Origin: Macrostomum lignano
Taxonomy: Eukaryota
Direction: 5' to 3'
DNA: 64,000 nucleotides
Assembly: GCA_002269645.1 (NCBI GenBank)
Contig: NIVC01002979.1
Coordinates: 1-64,000, forward strand
Positions 34,886-48,696 of this stretch are shown here, in pieces. How positions within the stretch are numbered: position 1 is the stretch's first letter; each line of letters begins with the position of its first letter. The notes under the pieces were generated by a model. That model saw only the letters and a list, made by a program, of their open reading frames with translations, was not told the origin of the DNA and made no database searches. The translations under genes and the position numbers were made by a program.

Positions 34886-35709
34886 GAGTTTAATCACTAA
34901 GCGCACTGAAGTGTAAGTTTATTGTGACATTTAGTCAAGGCGCGGATTCTTAGAAAAAGGCAATAGCTGAGCACTTTAAGCACCCTCTAAATACAGGCTG
35001 CTAATTCCAGCGCTTCCTTGTTAAGCTAAGCTATTTTACTTTCATTTTCTAGTTTCTTTTCTAAATACTTCGCGGAAAAAGAAAAATTGCTATTGGATTG
35101 GAACTTCCTCGTGGATTAGGCTGCTTTTTTTCTAGGTCGGGATTCAGGCTTGTCTTATGGTTTGAAAAATGCAAGAGGCGGGGCGAAGCCTTGAGAAAGA
35201 AGTACGAGAGCTTTACCAGCTGGGCGATAATCCAGCAGGAAGTGTCTGAGCAGTGATTGGAATCTGCCACGATACCCGCTGGGACTCTCTGTTTTCTTGC
35301 CTGAATAGAAAGATTGATGGATAGAATGATAAACCTGTCAATCAATGACCAATCCACTTCTCAGAGATCTGCTCTCTGAAGTTTCTGCTTGTTAAACTGA
35401 TTTTGCTATTTAACTGGGGCTGGGAAGGCTGAGCGTAATACTCTAAGCTGAGTTGATGGACCGACAGCTGGGCGGATGTTGCCCAGAGAAGCGTCTAATG
35501 CAGTTTGTGTTTATTTTACTAGAGCTGAGGGGAAGATTGGAGGAAATTGCGGCGGTCATTTCTAAAAAAGTTATGGTTATTCAACTATTAACTTTAAGTT
35601 GGAGTTGTGCACTTTTGGAGGCTGAGGGGATTGCACCGGGTGCGTGAGGGTAAGGCGTGCCGATGCTGGGTAAGATGAGGACTTGAAGAAATTGATTGGA
35701 TTGAAGCGG

Positions 35710-38700
35710 ATGAAGTGTGTGTGGTGTCCGTAGCTGAAGTGTGTGGGGTGTCCGTGGCTGAAGTGTGTGGGGTGTCCGTAGCTGAAGTGTGTGGGGTGTC
35801 CGTAGCTGAAGTGTGTGGGGTGTCCGTAGCTGAAGTGTGTGGGGTGTCCGTAGCTGAAGTATGTGGGGTGTCCGTAGCTGAAGTGTGTGGGGTGTCCGTA
35901 GCTGAAGTGTGTGGGGTGTCCGTAGCTGAAGTGTGTGGGGTGTCCGTAGCTGAAGTATGTGGGGTGTCCGTAGCTGAAGTGTGTGGGGTGTCCGTGGCTG
36001 AAGTGTGTGGGGTGTCCGTAGCTGAAGTGTGTGGGGTGTCCGTAGCTGAAGTGTGTGGGGTGTCCGTGGCTGAAGTGTGTGGGGTGTCCGTAGCTGAAGT
36101 GTGTGGGGTGTCCGTAGCTGAAGTGTGTGGGGTGTCCGTAGCTGAAGTGTGTGGGGTGTCCGTAGCTGAAGTGTGTGGGGTGTCCGTAGCTGAAGTGTGT
36201 GGGGTGTCCGTAGCTGAAGTATGTGGGGTGTCCGTAGCTGAAGTGTGTGGGGTGTCCGTAGCTGAAGTGTGTGGGGTGTCCGTAGCTGAAGTGTGTGGGG
36301 TGTCCGTAGCTGAAGTATGTGGGGTGTCCGTAGCTGAAGTGTGTGGGTCGTCCGTGGCTGAAGTGTGTGAGGTGTCCGTAGCTGAAGTGTGTGGGGTGTC
36401 CGTGGCTGAAGTGTGTGGGGTGTCCGTAGCTGAAGTGTGTGGGGTGTCCGTAGCTGAAGTGTGTGGGGTGTCCGTAGCTGAAGTGTGTGGGGTGTCCGTA
36501 GCTGAAGTGTGTGGGGTGTCCGTAGCTGAAGTATGTGGGGTGTCCGTAGCTGAAGTGTGTGGGGTGTCCGTAGCTGAAGTGTGTGGGGTGTCCGTAGCTG
36601 AAGTATGTGGGGTGTCCGTAGCTGAAGTATGTGGGGTGTCCGTAGCTGAAGTGTGTGGGGTGTCCGTGGCTGAAGTGTGTGGGGTGTCCGTAGCTGAAGT
36701 GTGTGGGGTGTCCGTGGCTGAAGTGTGTGGGGTGTCCGTGGCTGAAGTGTGTGGGGTGTCCGTAGCTGAAGTGTGTGGGGTGTCCGTAGCTGAAGTGTGT
36801 GGGGTGTCCGTAGCTGAAGTGTGTGGGGTGTCCGTAGCTGAAGTGTGTGGGGTGTCCGTAGCTGAAGTGTGTGGGGTGTCCGTAGCTGAAGTATGTGGGG
36901 TGTCCGTAGCTGAAGTGTGTGGGGTGTCCGTAGCTGAAGTGTGTGGGGTGTCCGTAGCTGAAGTGTGTGGGGTGTCCGTAGCTGAAGTATGTGGGGTGTC
37001 CGTAGCTGAAGTGTGTGGGTCGTCCGTGGCTGAAGTGTGTGAGGTGTCCGTAGCTGAAGTGTGTGGGGTGTCCGTGGCTGACGTGTGGGGTGTCCGTAGC
37101 TGAAGTGTGGGGTTTTCGTAGATGAAGTGTGGGGTGTCCGCAGCTGAAGATTGGGGTGTCCGTAGATAAGGTGTGGCCGGGTGTCCGTAGATGAAGTGTG
37201 GGGTGTCCGCAGTTGAAGATTGGGGTGTCCGTAGATAAGGTGTGGGGTGTCCGCAGTTGAAGATTGGGGTGTCCGTAGATAAGGTGTGGCCAGGTGTCCG
37301 TTGATGAGGTGTGGGGTGTCCGTAGATGAGGTGTGGAGTGTCCGTAGCTGACGTGTGGGGTGTCCGTAGATGAGGTGTGGGTGTCCGTAGATGAGGTGTG
37401 GAGTGTCCGTAGCTGACGTGTGGGGAGTCCGTAGATGAGGTGTGGGGTGTCCGTAAATGTGATGTGGGGTGTCCGTAGATAAGGTGTTGGGTGTCCGTAG
37501 ATGAGGTGTGGGGTGTCCGTAGCTGACGTGTGGGGTGTCCGTAGATGAGGTGTGGGGTGTCCGTAAATGTGATGTGGGGTGTCCGTAGATGAGGTGTGGG
37601 GTGTCCGTAGATGAGGTGTGGGGTGTCCGTAGATGAGGTGTGGGGTGTCCGTAAATGTGATGTGGGGTGTCCGTAGATAAGGTGTTGGGTGTCCGTAGAT
37701 GAGGTGTGGGGTGTCCGTAGCTGACGTGTGGGGTGTCCGTAGATGAGGTGTGGGGTGTCCGTAAATGTGATGTGGGGTGTCCGTAGATGAGGTGTGGGGT
37801 GTCCGTAGATGAGGTGTGGGGTGTCCGTAGATGAGGTGTGGGGTTTTCGTAGATGAAGTGTGGAGTGTCCGCAGCTGAAGATTGGGGTGTCCGTAGATAA
37901 GGTGTGGCCGGGTGTCCGTAGATGAAGTGTGGGGTGTCCGCAGTTGAAGATTGGGGTGTCCGTAGATAAGGTGTGGGGTGTCCGCAGTTGAAGATTGGGG
38001 TGTCCGTAGATAAGGTGTGGCCAGGTGTCCGTTGATGAGGTGTGGGGTGTCCGTAGATGAGGTGTGGAGTGTCCGTAGCTGACGTGTGGGGTGTCCGTAG
38101 ATGAGGTGTGGGTGTCCGTAGATGAGGTGTGGAGTGTCCGTAGCTGACGTGTGGGGTGTCCGTAGATGAGGTGTGGGGTGTCCGTAAATGTGATGTGGGG
38201 TGTCCGTAGATAAGGTGTTGGGTGTCCGTAGATGAGGTGTGGGGTGTCCGTAGCTGACGTGTGGGGTGTCCGTAGATGAGGTGTGGGGTGTCCGTAAATG
38301 TGATGTGGGGTGTCCGTAGATGAGGTGTGGGGTGTCCGTAGATGAGGTGTGGGGTGTCCGTAGATGAGGTGTGGGGTGTCCGTAAATGTGATGTGGGGTG
38401 TCCGTAGATAAGGTGTTGGGTGTCCGTAGATGAGGTGTGGGGTGTCCGTAGCTGACGTGTGGGGTGTCCGTAGATGAGGTGTGGGGTGTCCGTAAATGTG
38501 ATGTGGGGTGTCCGTAGATGAGGTGTGGGGTGTCCGTAGATGAGGTGTGGGGTGTCCGTAGATGAGGTGTGGGGTTTTCGTAGATGAAGTGTGGAGTGTC
38601 CGCAGCTGAAGATTGGGGTGTCCGTAGATAAGGTGTGGCCGGGTGTCCGTAGATGAAGTGTGGGGTGTCCGCAGAGATTGGGGTGTCCGTAGATAAGGTG

Positions 38701-39445
38701 TGGGGTGTCCGCAGTTGAAGATTGGGGTGTCCGTAGATAAGATGTGGCCGGGTGTCCCTAGATGAGGTATGGGGTGTCCGTAGCTGACGTGTGGGGTGTC
38801 CGTAGATGAGGTGTGGGGTGTCCGTAGATGAGGTGTGGGGTGTCCGTAGATGAGGTGTGGAGTGTCCGTAGCTGACGTGTGGGGTGTCCGTAGATGAGGT
38901 GTGGGGTGTCCGTAGATGAGGTGTGGGGTGTCCGTAGATGAGGTGTGGGGTGTCCGTAGATAAGGTGTGGGGTGTCCGTAGATGAGGTGTGGGGTGTCCG
39001 TAGATGAGGTGTGGAGTGTCCGTAGCTGACGTGTGGGGTGTCCGTAGATGAGGTGTGGGGTGTCCGTAGATGAGGTGTGGGGTGTCCGTAGATGAGGTGT
39101 GGGGTGTCCGTAGATAAGGTGTGGGGTGTCCGTAGATGAGGTGTGGGGTGTCCGTAGATGAGGTGTGAGGTGTCCGTAGATGAGGTGTGGGGTGTCCGTA
39201 GATGAGGTGTGGGGTGTCCGTAGATGAGGTGTGGGGTGTCCGTAGATGAGGTGTGAGGTGTCCGTAGATGAGGTGTGGGGTGTCCGTAGATGAGGTGTGG
39301 GGTGTCCGTAGATGAGGTGTGGGGTGTCCGTAGATGAGGTGTGGAGTGTCCGTAGATGAGGTGTGGGGTGTCCGTAGATGAGGTGTGGGGTGTCCGTAGA
39401 TGAGGTGTGGGGTGTCCGTAGATGAGGTGTGGGGTGTACGTAGAT
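35710..39445. repeat. 3.7-kb G-rich minisatellite: 24-bp then 22-bp units with higher-order repeats
   Basis: gtgtccgtagctgaagtgtgtggg and gtgtccgtagatgaggtgtggg units; marker variants recur at 672-bp and 731-bp periods. Confidence 0.95.
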
Positions 39446-40034
39446 GAGGGCTGATGGCCAACCCAAGGCACAGATCGAGAGTGTACATGCCTGATGAATA
39501 AAAAGCCAGAGCCGCTGTGAGGGTGTGCATGAGTCCGTGCCTGCGAACAGTATTGGCTCAAGAGCGGAACGAACAGAATTGCCTACAGCATTGGTAGTAA
39601 GACGATTTCACCCGAAGGCGAATCAATATTATAATACCAAAGTACAAATCTGGGGCCACCTGAGCCTTGTAAATAAGGCATGTAAAAACTCTACCTTGAA
39701 TAACAAGGCTGAATCACGAAAGCAAAGTTAGCATTGCCTATTCAGGGAATTAGAAGAAAAAAATTCCCAACTAAAATAAGCCTATTTTTACTAGGAATAA
39801 TTCCAGGCTAGTTCACAGTGAGCACGAAATCATGACCGACTTGCATTTAACAGTCGTCTGTAATCCGATTACCACTCAATCGAGAATCAACATTGGGGAT
39901 GGGGTGGGGCAAGATATTGTCACAATTCCCTAATCGTGTTCCCGTAGTTAGTGTGCTGTTAGGCGAAGCATGGCTAAAACAGTCCAACGAATCAAATGAT
40001 CGTAAGGGCTCCAGAACAAATTATTGATTAACAA

Positions 40035-41330
40035 AATGACCGATTGAGTACCAAAATGACCAATTGATTACCAAAATGATCGACTGATTACCAAAATGAT
40101 TAATTGATTACCAAAATGACCAGGTGAGTACCCAAATGACCAACTGATTACCAAAATGACCAACTGAGTACCAAAATGACCAGGTGAGTACCCAAATGAC
40201 CAACTGATTACCAAAATGACCAACTGAGTACCAAAATGACCAACTGATTACCAAAATGACCAACTGAGTACCAAAATGACCAACTGAGTACCAAAATGAC
40301 CAACTGAGTACCAAAATGACCAACTGATTACCAAAATGACCAACTGAGTATCAAAATGACCAACTGAATATCAAAATGACCAACTGATTACCAAAATGAC
40401 CAACTGAGTACCAAAATGACCAACTGATTACCAAAATGACCAACTGAATATCAAAATGACCAACTGATTACCAAAATGACCAACTGAGTACCAAAATGAC
40501 CAACTGATTACCAAAATGACCAACTGATTACAAAAATGACCAACTGAGTATCAAAATGACCAACTGAGTATCAAAATGACCAACTGAGTATCAAAATGAC
40601 CAACTGAGTACCAAAATGACCAGGTGAGTACCCAAATGACCCACTGATTACCAAAATGACCAACTGATTACCAAAATGACCAACTGATTACCAAAATGAC
40701 CAACTGAGTACCAAAATGACCAACTGAGTACCAAAATGACCAACTGATTACCAAAATGACCAACTGATTACCAAAATGACCAACTGAGTACCAAAATGAC
40801 CAACTGAATATCAAAATGACCAACTGATTACCAAAATGACTAACTGATTACCAAAATGACCAACTGAGTATCAAAATGACCAACTGAGTATCAAAATGAC
40901 CAACTGAGTACCAAAATGACCAGGTGAGTACCCAAATGACCAACTGATTACCAAAATGACCAACTGATTACCAAAATGACCAACTGATTACCAAAATGAC
41001 CAACTGAGTACCAAAATGACCAACTGAGTACCAAAATGACCAACTGAATATCAAAATGACCAACTGAGTACCAAAATGACCAACTGATTACCAAAATGAC
41101 CAACTGAATATCAAAATGACCAACTGATTACCAAAATGACCAACTGAGTATCAAAATGACCAACTGAGTATCAAAATGACCAACTGAGTATCAAAATGAC
41201 CAACTGAGTACCAAAATGACCAACTGAGTACCAAAATGACCAACTGATTACCAAAATTACCAACTGAATATCAAAATGACCAACTGAGTACCAAAATGAC
41301 CAACTGATTACCAAAATGACCAACTAATTA
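40035..41330. repeat. 20-bp minisatellite (ccaaaatgaccaactgatta)
   Basis: About 64 copies, strict 20-bp period. Confidence 0.95.
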
Positions 41331-41339
41331 CCTAAACGT

Positions 41340-41670
41340 CTCAGTGGGATGTCAGGAGAGTCTCAGTGGGATGTCAGGAGAGTCTCAGTGGGATGTCAGG
41401 AGAGTCTCAGTGGGATGTCAGGAGAGTCTCAGTGGGATGTCAGGAGAGTCTCAGTGGGATGTCAGGAGAGTCTCAGTGGGATGTCAGGAGAGTCTCAGTG
41501 GGATGTTAGTAGAGTCTCCGGGAGATGTCAGTAGAGTCTCCTGGGGATGTCAGTAGAGTCTCCGGGAGATGTCAGTAGAGTCTCCGGGAGATGTCAGTAG
41601 AGTCTCCTGGGGATGTAAGTAGAGTCTCCGGGAGATGTCAGTAGAGTCTCAGTGGGGTATCAGTAGAGTC
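41340..41670. repeat. ~22-bp minisatellite (gtgggatgtcaggagagtctca)
   Basis: Direct reading. Confidence 0.9.
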
Positions 41671-42239
41671 AGTCAGATTTTCAACTCGATTGAGTGAAGG
41701 TCAGTAAAATGCCAGTTCGCTACTTGGCGAATGTCGGACATTCCTTCCCTGCCAAATCAATACAGTGGTTCCCATGCGGAGCAGTTAATAAACTTAATAA
41801 CCTTTCCGAGACCAGAGAGACCAGGCAGCTGGGGTCCTGCTAATGAACTGCGGGAAAAAATTGCCAATAAAAAGTCCAAACTCGGTAGACAGATGAAAAC
41901 TATGAGCGTATGAGCTAAACTTCTTGAAGGCCGCCCCAATTGCTGTTGCTTTCTTTCTGCTTTCAATCAGCTCTGCACTTTCTATAGAGCCCTGGCTGTC
42001 TTGCCCCCGGCTCTGTATCTCTTCTGCCCGCATCTCCCCCTGCTTTAGCCTCTCTTCATTTGTGGCGGCTCCGGCGCGACCGAAAAAAACCGATCGATCA
42101 ATCAATTCAATTCACCTTCGGTTGCTAATAAAGTGCCGTTGTTGCTGTCTGTTGCTTGGAGCACGAGCTGGTCAGGGACCCTTTTTTATAACCTGGACTG
42201 CGCATCTGCGAGTAGGCTTATTCTGTATTGATTTCAAAT

Positions 42240-42594
42240 GCTGGCGCCCCCGGTGCTGGCGCCCCCGGTGCTGGCGCCCCCGGTGCTGGCGCCCCCGGTG
42301 CTGGCGCCCCCGGTGCTGGCGCCCCCGGTGCTGGCGCCCCCGGTGCTGGCGCCCCCGGTGCTGGCGCCCCCGGTGCTGGCGCCCCCGGTGCTGGCGCCCC
42401 CGGTGCTGGCGCCCCCGGTGCTGGCGCCCCCGGTGCTGGCGCCCCCGGTGCTGGCGCCCCCGGTGCTGGCGCCCCCGGTGCTGGCGCCCCCGGTGCTGGC
42501 GCCCCCGGTGCTGGCGCCCCCGGTGCTGGCGCCCCCGGTGCTGGCGCCCCCGGTGCTGGCGCCCCCGGTGCTGGCGCCCCCGGTGCTGGCGCCC
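42240..42594. repeat. Perfect 15-bp GC-rich tandem repeat (gctggcgcccccggt) x23.7
   Basis: No variant units seen. Confidence 0.95.
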
Positions 42595-42995
42595 AAAAAC
42601 TTTAGCTACGCCCTATTCCAATCTGGGCACGCGGAGGTCCCTAGCCCAGTGGAATCAATAGTGCCATGGCACTTGAGACACTTGCCTTATTAGGAGCTGC
42701 ATGTGTTCACTTACATTCAATCGGGTCATTATCGTATTTTCATCGGCTGCTCGCCGGAGAAGTGTGTGGCTGATGATATTACTGACTGACAGAGTGGGCG
42801 GGGGGAGAGAGAGATGGAGTGAGACAGCCGCAAAGCAAGTTGTTGGTTGTACAGCGAGTCAGAGTGGAGCAAATTCACCAGAATGCGAGCGATTGATTCA
42901 AGATGGATAATCGACAGGGTTGATTGGCCTGCTCTGGGGTGCTGCGCCCCAAATTATCTGCGATCTCGATGCTGGTCTAAACAGGGCCAGATTGA

Positions 42996-43392
42996 AAGTG
43001 AGTGAGTGAGTGAGTGAGTGAGTGAGTGAGTGAGTGAGTGAGTGAGTGAGTGAGTGAGTGAGTGAGTGAGTGAGTGAGTGAGTGAGTGAGTGAGTGAGTG
43101 AGTGAGTGAGTGAGTGAGTGAGTGAGTGAGTGAGTGAGTGAGTGAGTGAGTGAGTGAGTGAGTGAGCGAGCGAGTGAGTGAGTGAGTGAGTGAGTGAGTG
43201 AGTGAGTGAGTGAGTGAGTGAGTGAGTGAGTGAGTGAGTGAGTGAGTGAGTGAGTGAGTGAGTGAGTGAGTGAGTGAGTGAGTGAGTGAGTGAGTGAGTG
43301 AGTGAGTGAGTGAGTGAGTGAGTGAGTGAGTGAGCGAGCGAGCGAGTGAGTGAGTGAGTGAGTGAGTGAGTGACTGAGTGAGTGAGTGAGTG
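42996..43392. repeat. (GAGT)n microsatellite
   Basis: Direct reading. Confidence 0.95.
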
Positions 43393-44274
43393 GCGACACT
43401 GACAGGATAAGACTGGAGCAGTGCGAGCAGAGCTGATTCGAGGTTCCGGCTAGCAGCAGAGCAGCCGGGCAGTGAGGGGTTCCCAGCGACACGCCGAAGT
43501 CGGTGCAGCTTGGCAGCCGAGGCCCGTGGCACGCCTCAGTAAATAAGGCTACAGGCGCAGTGCATCCATGCCGAAATATAATTTCTTCCAGAGAGTGAGA
43601 GGAAGGCAGGCCGGGGTCTCAGCTGCAGCCTCTCCCCATCTTCATCATGCGGTGCATTTGCCAGCCATGTCCTCCTTCATACCCTCCGCCAAGCAGTGCG
43701 GCTGTCCACTGCACAGCATTGCACAGTAAAGGAAAAATTACTTTTGGACGCGAGCCCGGTGGTCCATGGCGACTGGGGCTTTGGGGGATCGAGGGGGCCC
43801 GGAGCAGCTCATTATGGAGTCCGTTACGATATCCCGTTGCGGTTCTTGCAAGTGCCGCCTTCACACAGAGAAGGATGAAAACTTTGTTAAATTGTTTCCC
43901 GCATTTCTCTTCACGGGTCAGGAACCGTAATTTTATTTTCAAAATCCCAGTTGCCAGGTGCAGAGTCTGGGTTCTGCATCTGTGTTTTTACCCTACCGCC
44001 AACCCCGGCACTCGAACTTTTTCTAACGCCAAGAGCGCACGAGGAGGCATTAGTGCCGCCTCCTTGAACAGACAGTTCAGCCAAGCGATTTCCCTTCAAG
44101 TTCTTCAGTAGCTAACGGGCCAACACTTGGCAACGAAATTGGGATTGAAGTACCTTTTCTCCTCTCTTGGGGGAGCAGACCGAGAGGGATTTTCTAACAA
44201 GGCCGCGGCCCACCAAACATGCCCTCCTTTGGCGTGGGTTTGAATTCTTCTCGCAGTTCACTTGGCGGAAGAAA

Positions 44275-44795
44275 ATACGGAGTAGAGAGTGGAAAGATAT
44301 GAGGGGTAGAGAGCGGAAAGGAATGTGGAGTAGAGAGCGGAAGAAATGAGGAGTAGAGAGCGGAAGAAATGAGGAGTAGAGAGCGGAAAGATATGGGGGG
44401 TAGAGAGCGGAAAAGAATGCGGAGTAGAGAGCGGAAAGGAATGCGGAGTAGAGAGTGGAAAGAAATAAGGGGTAGAGAGCGGAAAGATATGAGGGGTAGA
44501 GAGCGGAAAGATATGAGGGGTAGAGAGCGGAAAGGAATGCGGAGTAGAGAGCGGAAGCAAATTCGGAGTAGAGAGCGGAAGAAATGAGGAGTAGAGAGCG
44601 GAAATAAATGCGGAGTAGGGAGCGGAAGCAAATTCGGAGTAGAGAGCGGAAATAAATGCGGAGTAGAGAGCGGAAAGGAATGCGGAGTAGAGAGCGGAAG
44701 CAAATTCGGAGTAGAGAGCGGAAATAAATGCGGAGTGAGTAGAGAGCGGAAATGAATGCGGAGTAGAGAGCGGAAAGGAATGCGGAGTAGCGAGC
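44275..44795. repeat. ~24-bp purine-rich minisatellite (gcggagtagagagcggaaaggaat)
   Basis: Direct reading. Confidence 0.9.
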
Positions 44796-45479
44796 GGATC
44801 GGACACCAATAATAGAAAGCTCAGATGCGCTAGAAACGAGAACAGTATAAGATATGACTGAGTACGAAATGTATTTCAACAAAGTGAAGTTTTTTTCAAT
44901 TTCGATTAGAGAGCCGTGAGGGACATAAAGAACTCAGCCTTGTTCCCTTGTGTAGCAGACGGAATCCTGCAGACTACTTAAATCAATAGCAGCCGTCTCC
45001 ATGGCCCTCGCGTAGAGTCTGCTCAGACCTTGTGTCCACTTGGCCAGCTTAACCTCGCCAGCTGCAGAATCAGCCTGCGAAATCCTTGGCTAATTCTTAT
45101 CTACCTCGCAGACTGTCCTTCGTCTTATTTACTATCAGCTCAAATAGAGAACAGGGCACATATACTTCAGCTCTTTGTCTGCCCTGGCACCCTCTGTCTT
45201 ATACATGTCCAGCAAATGAAGTGAAGAGGGATTACACAGCAGTGTCGGATTACTGGCATATTCCTTGCGCTGAAGAAAATTCAACCAAATATTTGAGATC
45301 AATTCGAAACATATACCTTAGTGTTATCAGCCTGCTGCTCGCGTCCCCATCGATCCATTAAACCCATGGCGCCCCAAAGCAGTCCCAGTGGTGACTGGCA
45401 AATCCCACAGCACCACACAGCCCACACGGCGCTCCAATAACACTGCGGTGCCCGAAACCCCCTCACAACCCTCAACCGC

Positions 45480-45940
45480 ACAATCCCTCAGCCACACAAC
45501 CTACACAGCCCCCACAACCCTCACAGCCACACCCTCTCAGCTCCACAACCCCCTCACCCCCCACAACCCCCTCACCCCCACAACCCCTCACCCCCCACAA
45601 CCCCTCACCCCCCACAACCCCCTCACCCCAACAACCCTCTCACCCCCCACCCCCTCACCCCCACAACCCCCTCACCCCCCACAACCCCCTCACCCCACAA
45701 CCCCCTCGCCCCCACAACCCCCTCACCCCCAACAACCCTCTCACCCCCACAACCCCCTCACCCCACAACCCCCTCACCCCCCACGACCCCTCAACCCCAC
45801 AACCCCCTCACCCCGCACAACCCATTCACCCCCCACAACCCACTCACCCCCACAACCCACTCACCCCCCACAACCCACTCAGCCCCCACAACCCCCTGAG
45901 CTCCCACAACCCTTACAGCCCTCACAGCCCTCACAGCCCT
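45480..45940. repeat. C-rich low-complexity minisatellite (cccctcacccccacaac)
   Basis: Direct reading. Confidence 0.9.
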
Positions 45941-46552
45941 CACAAATATTTTCGCGAATTTCACTTGCACTTTCACTAGTCTCGAAAATGCTCTGCGTGT
46001 CCCTTCGTTTTTTTCACAAAGGTCTGAGATAAAAGAATATTTTTTAGTTCACAAAAAATTCCAGACACTTTCAATACCGGCCGTTGATTGAAGTGGAGAG
46101 TTAATTAGCAATCGGGTTGATCTAGCTTGGGTTCCGGATGATAAAAGCTGAGCACTGCTCCACTCTGCTGTGGAAATTGACTACGAGAAAGTTAAATTTA
46201 ATTGGTGCCGTCAGAAGTGGAAAGAAAATAAAAAGCCAACGGGGAATTGGAAGTCATATTAAAATCCCTATTCATATCAGAATTTTTTCTTATCAATTTA
46301 GGCGAGCTACTAAGGCTAAACTAAATAACGAAACTAAAATATACATAAGAAAAAATTAATTGTAAATTAACAAACTGTATCGTCTACTATGAGTAGCATC
46401 ATAAAAACTGAAGGATGTCTGTGTTAAAATGTGCCTAAAAGGGTATAAACTTAGTCACAAAAAATTCTGTATCTGGACAACTATAGGTACATAGAATTGT
46501 CTTTTTTCGACGGTAAACTATAAGTTCTAACAAAGTTTCATGCGTTGTAAGG

Positions 46553-47035
46553 GTCCCTCTGTCCCTTACAACACCCACCCCATGGCATTCTCTACCCCTC
46601 TGTCCCTTTCAACACCCACCCCATGGCATTCTCTACCCCTCTGTCCCTTTCAACACCCACCCCATGCCATTCTCTACCCCTCTGTCCCTTTCAACACCCA
46701 CCCCATGGCATTCTCTACCCCTCTGTCCCTTTCAACACCCACCCCATGGTATTCTCTACCCCTCTGTCCCTTTCAACACCCACCCCATGCCATTCTCTAC
46801 CCCTCTGTCCCTTTCAACACCCACCCCATGGCATTCTCTACCCCTCTGTCCCTTTCAACACCCACCCCATGCCATTCTCTACCCCTCTGTCCCTTGAGAC
46901 ACCCACCCCATGCCATTCTCTACCCCTCTGTCCCCTGAGACACCCACCTCACGCCATTCTCTGCCTCTCTGTCCCTTGCAACACCCACCTCACGCCATTC
47001 TCTGCCTCTCTGTCCCATGCAACACCCACCTCAAG
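46553..47035 (+). repeat. 41-bp minisatellite (ccatgccattctctacccctctgtccctttcaacacccacc)
   Basis: About 11 copies; same family at 47805-48010 (+) and 48960-49262 (inverted). Confidence 0.9.
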
Positions 47036-47804
47036 CCAAACTCTTTGGCTATATTTTTACGTCTCAAGACTTTTTAGTCACGAGTATTTATTGTTCTTAA
47101 TGTATTTTGCTCTGCAGACACATTTACAGACATACAGACACGCATATATATATATATAGGATCTGCCCTGTTAGCAGCAGTCTTTATCTTACGTTTCCGT
47201 CTTACTAAAGTCAGTCACAGCTTTTAGCTGTAAGCGTTTCAAATAGTTTTTTGAAATTTTTGTGGGTGTCAAGTTTAAAACTGGAGTAATGGCTCCAGGG
47301 AACTATTTTAATTTAGCTAACAGCAACTTTTTCACATTAATTCATTTCTTTAGTAGGAAACACTAGCTACTCATAAATTAGCGCCATGTCCTTTGCTTAC
47401 AGTTCAAAATTTATCAAAAACTTTTGCAGCATTGAACATTTAAAATTATCCATCTTAAACTCTATACGCTTGTAACATGAGTACTTAAAAAACACTGACG
47501 TCGCAAAATGAGTATAAAAAGCAAATCTATGGATATTTTTACTGCATGCTAGCATTCAGTCAATTGAAGAGTTTTATTTCCTTTTCGCTGATTGCAAAAC
47601 TGATTGATTAATTGGTTTCTTAATTTAATTAAAATCTTCCATTCTTTTTTGAACAAATCGAAATTAAATTAGAAATTTCATTTAACAATGTACAAGCAAC
47701 AATCAGCATTTTAAATAGCGCAGACAATATGGGCTCGTATCAGACAGTGAACTTCCAAAGCACCCAATGCCTTCAGTATTCTGTGCGCTTGAGAATTCTC
47801 TGCC

Positions 47805-48010
47805 TCCTTATCCTTGCAACACCCACTTCTCATTGATCTCTACCACACTGTCCTGTGCGACACCCACCTCACGCCAATCTCTACCCCTCTGTCCGTTTCA
47901 ACACCCACCTCACGCCAATCTCTACCCCTCTGTCCGTTTCAACACCCACCTTACGCCTTTTTCCACCCCTGTGTCCCTTGCAACACCCACCTCACGCCAT
48001 TCTCACCCCA
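47805..48010 (+). repeat. 41-bp minisatellite family, second array
   Basis: acacccacctcacgccaatctctacccctctgtccgtttc units. Confidence 0.85.
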
Positions 48011-48425
48011 CGGACTAATGAACTGTAACCCCAACCTCACGCCATTTTTTTACCCTTGGACCTGTTTAACACCCATCTTTTGCAAATTCTCTTGCTATTT
48101 TTTTATATTTGAAAATCCCAAATGATTGCCATTTTAGTAACTGTACGATCATAGCATCTAGTTAGCGCAGCCAAGATTTCCTTTGACCTCAGAAAAGCTA
48201 GCTAGCTTGTTTAAACATCAGTGACTAATTTGCATACAGCCATTCCCGCTTTGAAATAGATTATATATCGAAGAATGCTCGTCGCTTGAAACCCCTTGAG
48301 ACAGTAGTAGCTTGTACACTCTTGACACACGTCAGTGAATATTTGGACAGAATTAGTCGCAACCAAACCTTTTTTAGAATTTTGACGCCATCTCCCAGCA
48401 AGCTCGCGTAGGAGGGTTTAGCCAG

Positions 48426-48550
48426 CCAATCAGGGACGGCGGCTTCAAGTGGGATGGGGTGGAGCCACTTGCCAATGGAGTGAAGAGGCTTGAAGCAATA
48501 ACGCTAGCTATAGAATGCTACTATAAAACAAAAAGCTTTCACTCAGCTGA
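48426..48550 (+). promoter_or_regulatory. Pol II core promoter: two CCAAT boxes, TATA box, Inr-like site
   Basis: CCAAT 48426-48430 and 48472-48476; TATAAAA 48522-48528; cactcagct ~20 bp downstream; non-coding exon 1 ends at 48618 with a GTAAGT donor. Confidence 0.7.
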
Positions 48551-48696
48551 GTAATCCGCTGCCTGAAATTTTACGCAAGCTGTTGAAAGGAAAGCGTAAA
48601 AACATTCGTCGAAACCGAGTAAGTGTTTTGCTATTTTCTATTCAGAACAGAATTTTCATGCTCTGCGATCGGGTTGACGGCTTTTTCGTTTTAGAC

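Noticed and set aside
35577-39530. 1317-aa and 1290-aa ORFs (HPTHFSYG / DTPHTSAT repeats)
   Set aside because: The A/C-rich strand of the minisatellite lacks stops in several frames at once, and 22-bp units cycle through frames; no unique domain.
40035-41330. CRISPR-like regular repeats (this and other arrays)
   Set aside because: Head-to-tail units without unique spacers, no cas genes, eukaryotic context.
42228-42693. Elastin/collagen-like GAPGA or LAPPV proteins
   Set aside because: All frames are open because the 15-mer has no stops; no signal peptide or splice support.
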